Shown here: positions 29,504 through 41,420 of the stretch, piece by piece
Numbering within the stretch: the first letter of the stretch is position 1
How the letters are laid out: every line of letters begins with the position of its first letter
Assembly: GCF_009914755.1 (NCBI RefSeq)
Contig: NC_060931.1
DNA from: the human T2T-CHM13v2.0 reference genome, Homo sapiens
Reading direction: 5' to 3' (one strand)
DNA: 64,000 nt
The notes under the pieces: model-generated
The model's database searches: none
What the model was told of the DNA's origin: nothing
What the model saw: only the letters and a program-made list of their open reading frames with translations
Program-made: the position numbers and the translations under genes

Positions 29504-31382
29504 CATTCCCATTTCTAAAATTCTGTGTCGACAGAGTCCAGGTCAATAATGATTACAATTTTTAATCTCCATCTCTTCACTGAGGTGCAGAGGAACAGAA
29601 TAAATGCAAAATACCTCAACTGTATATACAAACCTGCTCACAAGCCACACTGCATGTATCTCCCTTTATTTCAAACTTCTAAGTACATGCAGTTTGTAAA
29701 CTAGATGAATTTAATATATTAAAATGGTTTCATGCTTTATTGGTTTATGGGGTTGCTAGTTAGTCATGCCTGACACACAACAAAATTATTGACTGTCCTT
29801 TTCAAAAATATGAATGGATTATGGCTTGAAATAAAATACAATTAGATTTATGGACATTGACTGCAACTGAAAAATAAAAAGTTCCTTCTCAGAAGGACAC
29901 ACTGCCGACAGCTTTGCTGACTCTTATTTTATCATATTGACTCAACATGACTTTAACATATATATTATCATTTTTTGGAGAGTAAGGTTATAATTTGTGT
30001 TTTGAGAACAGTCCTATCCTGCAGCATCAACAAGGGTATCAATCTCCAGGCTGCAGTGCAAGACCACTTCATTTATTCAAAATCGAGTAGCCACATGTAT
30101 TGTTAAGAATACATGATACATACGTATGCCTCAAGCATGTTTTTGGTGCAAAAAATGTCAAGTGCATTCTACCTAATAACACAGATTTACGTCATCTTTC
30201 TCTCTTAGCACTTTCATTTCATCATCATTTGTTACAGTCACATACCCCTGTGATGTAGGGTTGGGTGGTGACAAAGATTTTGTGTTTTATCTCTATTTTC
30301 TAAATAAAGAAAAGTTACTTAAGTAACTTTTCCAAAGCCATGCAGTGTATGAGCTTTCTTAATCTATGTGTAGTAGCCTAGTTCTTCTCAAATTTTAATT
30401 AATCAAAGATGTTACATAACTTTTTATTCTAGGTGTCTCTAATATGGCACCACTGCCCTGAATCCAACCCCTATAACCCACTAACTAGTTACGAAAGGCC
30501 ATGCTGTAGTTCAACTCACATCTTAAGGGAGAAAGTTCCATTTTTAAAGCTACAGCATGAGAGCTTCTGATCTGTTTCACAAACCAGTCTCTTCATTTTT
30601 CATTTCAGTTCTGTGTGCCTCACTTCTGATTTCTTCAAATTCAGAGGGTAGAAAGCAATCTCAGAAAGTGCTTAACTCAGTCAGTGTGCAGCCACCCAGA
30701 GACCTCCGGAGGAAAATGACAAGCACCAGCTTCAGACAGTGAAGGGAAAGGAAAGCCACGTGCAAATCTGGAATCATCTGCCATTAGCAAAGGTAGAAAA
30801 TTATAGAGGAACTCTTTGGGGTCACAAGGATGTCATTTAGACCTCCGCAGCAGAAATTTTTTAAATAGTACCCTTCTGGATTCAATGATTTCACCTGCTT
30901 GCTCAAGTGCCTAATTTAGAACCAGCAAGCAAATTACAATCTACAGAGTCCAGGCATGAAATTATAAATGTTTGGTTTCTCATGGTCTAGATCTATCTAT
31001 GTCTTCAAACCAGGGCTGAGAACAAAACCCCCCAATTTTCCCCAACAAAGATCCACCTGACATTCTGACATTTTGCAATATTCATGTATTCAGTCATTCA
31101 TTCTTGCACACACTCATTTATCAAATTTGGGGGCTCTCAGATACATACCACCATGCATAATGTGAAGAGCAGCTCAGGCTCCTCGCAGAACAGAGCAAGG
31201 ATGGTTTCCGAAGTTAGGAGACATGGAGAAAGCTGACTAAGATAAGCAAGGGCCCCCAATGCCTGGATGACTAGTTATCTGCTTTTCTTTATCATGCAGA
31301 CTCGGCCCCTCAATGTTATTTAGAGCAAATATCAAATATTTTTATACAATCGTATGTTCTCTCTGCATTTACAACCTATGTC

Positions 31383-31676
31383 TTTTTTTTTTTTTGAGAT
31401 GGAGTCTCGCTGTGTTGCCCAGGCTGTAGTGCAAGTGCATGATCACAGCTCACTGCAACCTTCGCCTCCTGGGTTGAGGTGATTCTCCTGCCTCAGCCTC
31501 CTGAGTAGCTGGGATTACAGACGCCCACCACCACACCTGGCTCATTTTTGCATTTTTTTAGTAGAGATGGGGTTTCACCATGTTGGCCAGGCTGGTCTCA
31601 AATTCCCGACCTCAAGTGATCTGCCCGCCCAGGCCTCCCAAAGTGCTGGGATTAGCATGAGCCACCACACCCAGAC
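31383..31676 (-). mobile_element. AluS
   Basis: Poly-T, gagatggagtctcgc...gagccaccacacccagac. Confidence 0.94.
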
Positions 31677-31901
31677 CCACCTGTCTACCTCTTTACTAAT
31701 TTTTATTCAGCCTTATTTGCTTAGGTTTCACTTGGTATCTATTTGCTCTTTCAACAGAGTCTCTACTTAGATATTTCTGAAAAATTTTTCATGAATTGAA
31801 CTTTGATACATTACAGCAGCTCACTCATCATATAATCCTTATGCAAAGTGAAGAATCCTCTTTGATGTGAACAGTCACCCCATATGGGTTTGCCAAGTTC
31901 A

Positions 31902-32219
31902 CTTCTTTCTTTTTTTTTTTTTTTTTTTTTTTTTAGACAGCGTCTCGCTCTATTGCCCAGGCTGGAGTGCAGTGGCACAATCTTGGCTCACTGAAACCTC
32001 TGCCTCCTGGGTTCCAGTGATTCTCCTGCCTCAGCCTCCCGAGTAGCTGGGATTACAGGCACGCACCACCATGCCTGGCTAATTTTTGTTTTTGTATTTT
32101 TAGTAGAGAGGGGGTTTTACCATGCTGGCCAGGGCGCTCTTGAACTCCTGATCTCATGATCCGCCTACTCTGTCCTCCCAAAGTGCTGGAACTACAGGTG
32201 TGAGCCACTGCGCCCGACC
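31902..32219 (-). mobile_element. AluS (Sc/Sg-like)
   Basis: Long poly-T and full body; TSD aagttcac flanks. Confidence 0.94.
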
Positions 32220-35200
32220 AAGTTCACATTTTCATATGCTAACTTTCTCAAGCTAGGGCCACCTGTACATAAAGGAACAAAACAGCTGGAAAATAGAGTG
32301 GATTTGGCTAGGAATTTAAGCATGTTACACTGAAATAACTTTAGCTTTCAATTCTTAGTAAATTCTTCTCAATACATTTCTTTTAAATGTAAATGTCTTA
32401 TCATATTTCATTTTTGTAAGGTGACTTATGAGTTATTTCTATTTTATGATGTCAAGTTACTGCAATGACCCAAAGTACTACAGTAAAATATCCCTAGAAT
32501 ATTTCGTATTGAGTGCTATGAAGTGGAGACTATTCTCCATTAGCCAGGCAATAGCCATAAAAACTTTTATTCTTTTCCCTTTCTCTTTCTTTCAAATTTT
32601 AAGCTATTACCTTTAGAGGTAATGAGTCTGATCATGAACTCACTCCCTCTCTGCTGTTTAATGAACCCCCTCATGGTTTTAGGACAGCAGTGAACCCTTG
32701 ACATCTATTTACCTTCCATTATAATTTCACATCACAGTAACTGTTACTAGAAACGTAAACATAACCATGGAGTTTTTTAAACCCCAGCACATCTATTAAA
32801 ATGAAATTTACCTTAAAATTCATGAAACACACAAGGTATATATCATGATTCATGTAAAACACAACATGTCGTGTAAGTTAATATAATCATTCTGAAGTAA
32901 ATTAGATGTTGTTCACATTAGAGTATTTATTATGTTGGAATTTCCATGTTACTAACTGTTCAAATATTGCCATGTCAATGTTATTTCCCTAAAAGTAGAA
33001 ATATTCATTTGAATGTACTAAATATACATTTACAAAAATGGCTTTTAGCCATCATGCTACTAACATCAGAAGAAAAGACTATGTCGAGTCATTTAAGCAG
33101 TCAAAGATGCGAAAGCAAAATTTGGTGATGTTTCAACTTTCAATTTTTCAGTTTTCAAATACTACAATTTTTCCATTTCCAATCGCAGTTTTACAGAATA
33201 CCAGGAAGAATTTCAAATTACCCAAAATTGCTTTTTATTTCACTTATTATAATACATTCTAGTACCCTCTACCTCCTAGTAGCTGCTTTTATTATTCTAG
33301 TGATGCACACACTAGAAAACGTTTCCTACTGAAATGTTTTCAATCAGATGCTGCCTACCAAAATGAATGGAAAACCATGTGCCATATGAAAAACTTCGAG
33401 AGTAAATATAAGAGTGATGGACTCCCACCGGGAGCAGAAAGCCAAAATCACACTTCATAAATATACTTATCTGGGAAGAAAAAACACTGGTTAGACAATA
33501 TTTAGGACAGATGTATCTTGTTGCACATCAAAACAATCTGTGGACAACACCACAACACTGCGATGCAATTTTACAAGGGAAGCTGGTTGGGCATTTCTGT
33601 ATTTATTCAACTAGATAATAGAGGGGAAAGCCGCAGAACAGTCAGAAGAATATTTGCAATGCAATTAGGGGGAACAAGTGCATCTGAGTGAGCGCCAGAC
33701 ACAGGGGCCTCCCCTTAATTCACACAGTCCAATGTTTTAATGCAGCGTACAGCAGCAAACTGAACTTCCTACAGTTTTAAAACTTTTGTCAGTTAACTAG
33801 ATGTTTACCAAGTGCCTCGCTTGGGCACTCAACATTTCGGGTGTGCCATCCAGCTCTATGTAGGTTGTTCCAACACCATCTGTCACTTAAGCTTCCACAG
33901 ATTCACAAATTTCAATTCGAACTAATCTACTCGGCACTCAAACTGAAGCTATAATTCAAATTTCAACATGAAGCTTGAATTCCTTTTCAGTGTTCTTCAA
34001 CTTTGACCCAGCTACCCCCTCCCTTCACTGAAAAGGGCCAAGACAACAGCCCAGCAAGTGGGGCAGGCAAAACAGGCCTCCTTTGTTCACTTTTGTCCTT
34101 TCAGCTCTCTATTGAGGTAAGGGACTGAAAAGGCACACCAGGTTTTGGAAGGCAGCAGCGGACTCGCTCGCAAGCCATCCTTCCTCAAAGAACCAAAAAA
34201 CTCCAGGACAAAACTCTTTGGACAGGCCACTCTTACCTTAAGGCATAATTAATGGGAGATTAGTACTTCCCCTTTCCCTTGAGAGAGAATCTGTTAGTGG
34301 TGTTGAATATGAGTCTGTAAATGTTCATCAAAAATGCATGCCATAAATCATGCCATTCAAATGCCAAGGACATCAAAAAGTGGCATGAAATTAGCTTTAA
34401 AGTTGAAATTTGGAGAAAAGATCACTACATGCTGAATACTCATACTGAATTTTTTGAATGCTCTCAGCCCACTTGAGAAAGATAAATCAAATTCATTGCA
34501 TATTACCCAGTGGAAGACCTCCTACAGGATTCCCTCAGATTGCCCTAGAAATAGATTTTTTTTTTTTCTGGTTACAGTGGGTTTTGAACCAACACACTAT
34601 GCACATAATAAAATTTAAACATATATATATATTCAACATATATATATTCAAAATATAGTTTCCAGCCCTTCCTACCATTATTTAATGAGAAGAATTTCAA
34701 AAGGATCATTTTTGCCTGACAGTACCTGTCATTTTCATTCTCATGTGAATTAAACCATGTTTTAGTCCAGGGCAATATGGAAGAAATTCGGAGAGCACAT
34801 AATACAAGTAAGATTCATCATTCCTGTGTTCGAACTGAATATGCCATTAGGACAGTATGTGAGTACAGGAGCATTAGTGGTTATAATTTGTTCCCTTTAC
34901 CACTGGCTTTTTTTTTTTTTTATCTTCACTAGCTTCTTAGTCACTTGATGGAAACCCTCCATCAGACTGTTAAAAATTACCTTTTTCTAATTTGAAATTC
35001 CAATCTTGTAGGCCAGTAAAATAGGTCAATTAAGTTGACACCACATCTTTTTTATTAGCTCAGCTAAGCAATTATAATTGGGTGGTGAAGGTTTATGCTG
35101 TCATCTTGGAAGATTCAATGGTAGGGAGAAATGCCCAATGTGGAACTATAATTTACAATGCCAGTACATCCCTAAACATTCAGCATAAGAATATTTCTAT

Positions 35201-35586
35201 TTTCAGATATGAGGCAAATTTGCTCTTGTTCTAGATTAAAATAATAATGCCATTTTTTGGCAGTAAAAAAAGCATATTTATTTAACTTATCCTCATAGCA
35301 AAATCATTTAGCACAAGTGTATTACAGACATAGGTACTTTAATTCAACATTTTAGAAAAATACCATGAATGTATGCCATCAATGCTGGCTTATCCTGGAC
35401 TTGGACTACAACACATATGCTCCACAACATCAATTTCTTGCTTTGCACAAAGTATGTAATCAATTAATACTTGTTGAAAACCATATACCTCCATATTAAT
35501 AAATGTTAAACCAATAAATTAGAAATGCTGTGAATGACTTGTTCAGAATATATAGATATTAATTTACAGCTTTAAAAGATAACAGT

Positions 35587-35900
35587 GGCTGGGCGTGGTG
35601 ACTCACGCTTGTAATCTCAGCACTTTGGGAGGCCAAGGTGGATGTATCACCTGAGGTCAGGGGTTGAAGACCAGCTTGGCCAACCTGGTAAAACCCTGTC
35701 TCTACTAAAAATACAAAAATTAGCTGGGCATGGTGGCAGGTGCCTGTAATCCCAGGTAATCAGGTGGCTGAGGCAGGACAATCACTTGAACCAGGGAGGC
35801 AGAGGTTGCAGTGAGCCGAGACTGCAGCATTGCACTCCAGCCCAAGTGACAGGGCGAGACTCCGTCTCCAAAAAAAAAAAAACAAAGAAAGAAAAAAAAA
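35587..35900 (+). mobile_element. AluS
   Basis: ggctgggcgtggtgactcacgc...ctccgtctccaaaa; TSD taacagt. Confidence 0.94.
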
Positions 35901-35904
35901 GTAA

Positions 35905-36630
35905 CAGTGATTGCACTTCAAACCTATTAGGATGGCTATTATCAAGAAAACAGAAAATAACAAGTGTTGGAGAAAATGTGGACAAACTGGAACCCCTGCG
36001 CATTGTTGGCAGAAATGTAAAATGGTACAGCTACTATGGAAAAGAGTATAACGATGTCTCAAAAAAAAATAGAACTACCATATGATCTAGCAGTCTCATT
36101 TCTGGGTATATACCCCAGAGAATTGAAAGCAGTGACTCAGATATTTGTACATCCATGTTCATGGCAGCATCATTTGCAATAGCCAAAAGATGAAAGTAAC
36201 CCAAGTATATATGACATATGAATGGATAAACAAAATGTGGCATATACATACAATGAAATATTATTCAGCATTACAAAGGAAGGAAATTCTGACACATGGA
36301 TCAACCTTGAAGGCACTATGGTAAGCAAAATAAACCAGTTACAGAAAGACAAATAAATACTGTATGATTCCACTCATATGAGGTACTTAGGGTCATCAGA
36401 TTCATAGACTGGAAGTAGGATGTTTGTTGCCAGGGGCTGGGGGCTGAGGGGTTATGAACTATTGTTTAATGTGTACAGAGTTACAATTTGGGAAGGCAAA
36501 AAATGTTCTGGAGAGGTATAGTGGTGATGGCTGCACACAATGTGAATGTACTTAATGCCACTGAAGTATACACTTAGAAATAGTTTAATGGCATATCTTA
36601 TGTCATATATATTTTACAATAAAAAACTTA
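35905..36630 (+). mobile_element. L1MB-type 3' fragment
   Basis: aggatggctattatcaagaaaacagaaaataacaagtgttgg...tgtgaatgtacttaatgccactgaa...attttacaataaaaa. Confidence 0.88.
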
Positions 36631-36827
36631 GCAAAAACATTTTTTAAATAAACATATTGCATTTGCTGCCCCATTTAAAGACAACCTGATAATGAAGGAT
36701 TTACAGTTGCTGACGCTGAAGGCTGAGCCATTCCCCTATTTCCTTCCTCAGGTAGCCTTCAATTTTAAGAGAAAAAATAAAAATTTGTCAATTCATTTTG
36801 GTACATCTTCCTATTCTTAGAAACTTC

Positions 36828-37060
36828 AGTCAAACTCATAGAAGCAGAGAGTAGAATGGTGATTGCTAGTGGGTAGGGGAATTGGGGAGATGAGATGTTC
36901 TCACCACACATACACAAATTAACTGTGTGAGGTGATAGATGTGTTTATTAGTTTGATTGTGGTAATCATTTCACAATGTATACATATATCAAAATATCAT
37001 GTTGTACATATTAAATGTATACAACTTTTACTTGTCAATTATATCTCATTAATGCTGTGG
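36828..37060 (+). mobile_element. L1M 3' fragment
   Basis: caaactcatagaagcagagagtagaatggtg...taatcatttcacaatgtatacatatatcaaaatatcatgttgtac. Confidence 0.75.
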
Positions 37061-39039
37061 GGGGGGGAAGAAACTTCAGCCTTTGATCCCAATAGAGGCT
37101 GTTTTAAACAGAAGGAGCTTTTCATTTGCCAAGGCAGTAAAATGTTTAAGTAAAATAAGTCACTGGATTTTTGCCCTTAGCATCCAGTTCTCTCCTCTGT
37201 CCTCACCTGCCAGGAAGGTTCCTGGAAGGGATGCTTCAGGTAGGGAAGCATAAAATTTTAAGGGAAAAGCATATCTAAATGTATTTAGTAATTTTCAAAT
37301 CACTTCCTCTTCATCAATCATTGCAACAGCTGAAGACTGAAGTAAAGCAGTCTTTTGATTCAAATGCACAAAACTTCCTAAAGAATATGTTAGAAGCTCT
37401 ACATTCCAGTTAAATTTGCTATGGGTTACCGAGCTTCTCAGATGGTAGGTACTCTTTGAAAATGAGGATGAGATTCCAATAGCTGCTGATCTATGGTGAG
37501 AATATAAGGAAAAAGCCTCAGTGCCTCAGTGGTTACCCTTTGGGGTGAGTAATGACTGGAAGGGACCACAAGAGGGCTTTCTCAGATGTGCATTACACTG
37601 TTCCTTGATCTGAGTGCTAGTTAAGTCAATGTGTTCAGTTTGTGCAAGTTCATCGGCTATGCATTTGTGATATGTGAAAAAAACTCTGTGTGATGAAGTA
37701 TGTAGCTAGATGATAAAATTAGAATTAATCTTCCCAAGGACAGATATTCTGTTTGGTCACCACTGTATCCCCACTGCCTGGAACACAGTAAATATTTATT
37801 AAAGAATGAAGGAATGAATGAATGAAATCTTTTTAACGGAAAAGCTTCCTGTAGAGTTCCATTCAACAGCTCCTATGTACATACACAATATAATATCTGT
37901 AGAGTCTATTTATATTCAATCTGTTACACAGGGAAAATTACACCTGCATGAAAGCATTATTTGAAATGATTCTTGAAATTTTCTACAGCCCAGGTGTATA
38001 CATTCTCAGGACCCCCTCACACTTCTGAAGCACTTACACCTAGCGATTATTGCCATCATTGTTGTATTGGCCTCACAGGAAGTACTATTTCCAAAGATGC
38101 TTTGCTTTCTATTCACTGTTACCGTAGCATTAACAAAAATGATGTGGTGTAAGGGCAATGGCCTTCAGTCCAAAGACCTCATCACTACCCTGCATTACGA
38201 GGCTGAGCCCTATTGCAGTTGTTTTGAAACTCGAAGGATTAGTTAGATACAATGTTGCCTGAGTCCTCTAACAGCTCTAAAATTCCTGGATTATGTAAAA
38301 TGTTTAGCAACTTTCCTGTAATAAAGTAAAAAGAAGGTTGAAACAAGACTATGAGTCAGTAGGATTATGAATGCAAAATAAATCAATTTTTCCAATTGAT
38401 CAGTTAATTATAATTCTAAAAGCTATTCCAGAAATAGCTGATTCCACTTTGGTTCAAATTTTCCTTTTTTACTAGTTAACATGGAGCATCTTCATAAATG
38501 CCCCCACATGTTTCTATATATTTAGGAAATAGAATGATTTCCTAAGATTGGATGCTAGGGTCCTATTCAAACTCAACATCCAATTTGAGGAGTAACTCAT
38601 TTGCAGTCAAAACCGTGTACAAAGGACATTCAGGGCTGGGGACCTTTTCTTTAAAGAAAAAAAAGTTTTATGAAACTTTATGATGTGCCAGGAACATCTA
38701 TGTAATCACAGAGGCCCTGGTTACTAAGAACATGTTGTTCAGTGACTGTAATGGGTTGGATTGTGGGTTAACAGCCACGTACTTAAAAGCTAACAGGAAT
38801 AAAAGAATATGTAAAGGAGTTACATGGGAATAAAAGGCTATTCCACAATACAGTTCTCTGAATCACAATATTGCCTGCTACTGTGAGTTCTGCAGAGCTC
38901 CGAATTAAATGGGCTTGTAATGTATCTCCCTGGTTTTGAACACTCAGTGGTTTAGGTTTCCCCTAAACTGATAAGCCTCCAAAAGGCCACAGTCTCAGTC
39001 TTGGATTGTAAAGCACAAGGACAAAAACAATCCCACTCC

Positions 39040-39210
39040 CCTACTTCCTAGCTGTGTGGCCTTGGGAAAGTTACTTGGTTTCTCTAAGCCTTCATTTCCT
39101 AATTTTTAAAATGGGGTTGCTGTGAGAATTAAATGAGATGATACATGTAACATGCGCAGCGCCCAGCACATCTAAAGCTCTCAAAACCGGTTGGCTATCG
39201 TTACCATTAA
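39040..39210 (+). mobile_element. MIR SINE
   Basis: ctagctgtgtggccttgggaaagttactt...gttgctgtgagaattaaatgagatgatacatg. Confidence 0.8.
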
Positions 39211-39459
39211 AGCAGCAAGTATCAGTTGCCTAACTCCATTTCAGTACTTCAGCAAGTACTGCCATTATTACAATATTTTAACAGCAGGGCATGGTTAGCA
39301 CAATGCAGTCCCATAAAGCAGCCCAGCCTCCGAGGTTTGTATTCAGAGGTTACTGTGTTCCTTTCCAGGACCACCCCAGGGGGAGCTCCTGGTGCACAAC
39401 CAATGCTTCCTGCCTCATTACACTTGGCTCCATCTCCTCCTGCAAAAGCCTGGGGCGAG

Positions 39460-41420
39460 GAAGAGCCCAGTCTCTTAGACCCGCACTTCTGAGCGTTAAC
39501 CATCTGGGACTCGGAAAGGAAAAGAAAGCTTTCTTCTCAGGACAGTTCTGCGCCGGTGGTAGCCAAGGGCTGGAGCCCCTGATGCGAAGAAAAGGGAAGG
39601 AGAGAGGCGGGGTGCGAAAGAAACGCCACCGCTCGGCGCCCTCCCTCGGTGCCCGCGGCGCAGGGGCCACCCGCCAGCGTACGGGGGACGAAGATGTGGC
39701 CGCGGGCGCGGGCGGGAGGGGAGGCGATCCGGGGAAGGAAGCGGCCTGTTCGCCAGCCCCGGGGCCCGGGGAGCCCTCCAGCAGCGCTTGCGGCCCTGAG
39801 GACACCGCTTTGGGAGAAATGACGACTCCCTTGCTCACCCTACTGCGACACCCCGTCCCCCTCCGCACTCTAGCAGATGCGGGCCGGGAGTAGCTGAGCT
39901 GGCCAACCGCCTGGGACCAGGATGCGGCAGCGCCCACCCGCGCGGCGTGGAGGGGGCCGGGGGCGGCGCTCGGCGCAGATGGCGCTCGCTGCGAGATGGA
40001 TGCTCCAGGGCGGGTAATCACTCCTGGCTCAACACAGCATCCCGGGCGGAGCGGATGCCAGATCCCACCGCTAAGAGCCTGGGCTGGGAAAGCAATCTTT
40101 CCAGGCAGCCCCCAGCCCGGTGCGCCGGCCCCGACAAGTCCCAGCCCTCGGAGGCAGGGCGGGGCGCAGGGACTCCCGGGACCCGCACCTGTAAGGCCGA
40201 CAAAGCCCCCGCAAGCGCCCCACCCCTCTGTCCTCCGTGTCTCTCTCGTTCCGCCTCGATTCCCCGAGCCCTCTCCAGGCAGCGACTGGAGAAGCGAAGT
40301 CGGCCTCGCCCCCGAACTCCGTGGTCAGCACAGGTGTACGCACTTCCGAACAAAGCCCACGCCCAGACGTGTCCGCAGGGGCCCGAACAGGCACACGCCC
40401 GTGCGCTCCCGGCCCGGCCCCCGCGCTCCTCGCCCCGCCGGCACTGTGGCGTGACGCCCCGCGCCTCCGTGTCCAAGCCCGGGAAGCCGCCGTGCCGGGC
40501 CCGCAGGCTCTCCATGCCCAACTGCCCACGAGCAAGAGCTCTGGGCAGGGCTTCCCGGAAAGCGTGGGGTGCGGGCGCGGAGCAGAAGTTGGCCACAGGC
40601 CGGAGGGGGTGGTGGGTGCCGGCGCTGCTGGATTTCAGCTGTGCCTTCACCCAAGCGCAGGTCCCCCTGCTCCCTCTCGGCGCCCGCGGGAGTGTCGGGG
40701 GCCTGCAGGGGAGAAGGGAGTTGGAGATCTGCTTTGCCCCTCCTGCAGCGCTGCCAGCCCGGTGAGCGCTCGGCTGAACCCCGCGGCGGTGTCCAAGTGA
40801 CAACGCAGCAGCCTCGCGCGTCCTCCTCCGCTCCAGCCGTCACCCCCGAGCAGGACCCAGTGTCACCGCCAGACGCGCAAGGAGCTACTTACGTTCTCGC
40901 GCCGCGCCCTCCGCTCAGCTCTGGCGCGACTGCCCAGGACCCTGGACCGCCGGTGTCCTCCGTTCTCGACGAAGCTATCCCCTCTGGCTGCTCCAGCCAG
41001 GCGGCCCCTGCGCCGTCCCCCGCGCCCGCGCGTCTGAGGCTCGGACTGCGGCGCGCGTCCGCCAGCGACCCTGGCGAAGCGAGGCTGGCCCCGCGCCGGC
41101 GCGCGCCCCCGCCGCTCCCGCCCTCTCCGCTCCCCCTCCCCGCGCCGTGCTTTTGCCCCTCCCGGCTCTCCTTAGCGTCCTCCCGTCCCCCTCCCCCGCA
41201 CTCCCTGCGGGCGTCCTCCGCCTCCTCCCCTCCTGGCCAACCCCCTCTTGCCCTGCTGCTGCGACGGCAGCGAATGGGCTCCAGCCGCCGGCGCCTCGAG
41301 GGACTGGGTGGCCCCTCACCTGAGCGGCCGCCCCACCGCCAACCTCCGTCAGCCTGCGAGCGCGTGTGGCGGCGGGGGTGGGGGTGCGGGGACGGAGGGC
41401 GGGAGTGTTCCGGGGCTAGG
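39460..41420. promoter_or_regulatory. NRCAM: CpG island / promoter, most likely of NRCAM (minus strand)
   Basis: Abrupt ~2-kb GC- and CpG-dense, repeat-free block in an AT-rich background, with GC boxes (e.g. GGGCGGGGC 40157-40165) and several minus-strand donor sites. The gene name comes from recalled PNPLA8-NRCAM adjacency at 7q31. Confidence 0.85.
40893..41090 (-). other. NRCAM: Non-coding first exon (5'UTR) of NRCAM; 5' boundary approximate
   Basis: Minus strand ...GGCGCGAGAAC|GTAAGTAG has a perfect GTAAGT intronic donor consensus at 40892-40887 inside the island core; the exon segment contains no ATG. Confidence 0.75.
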
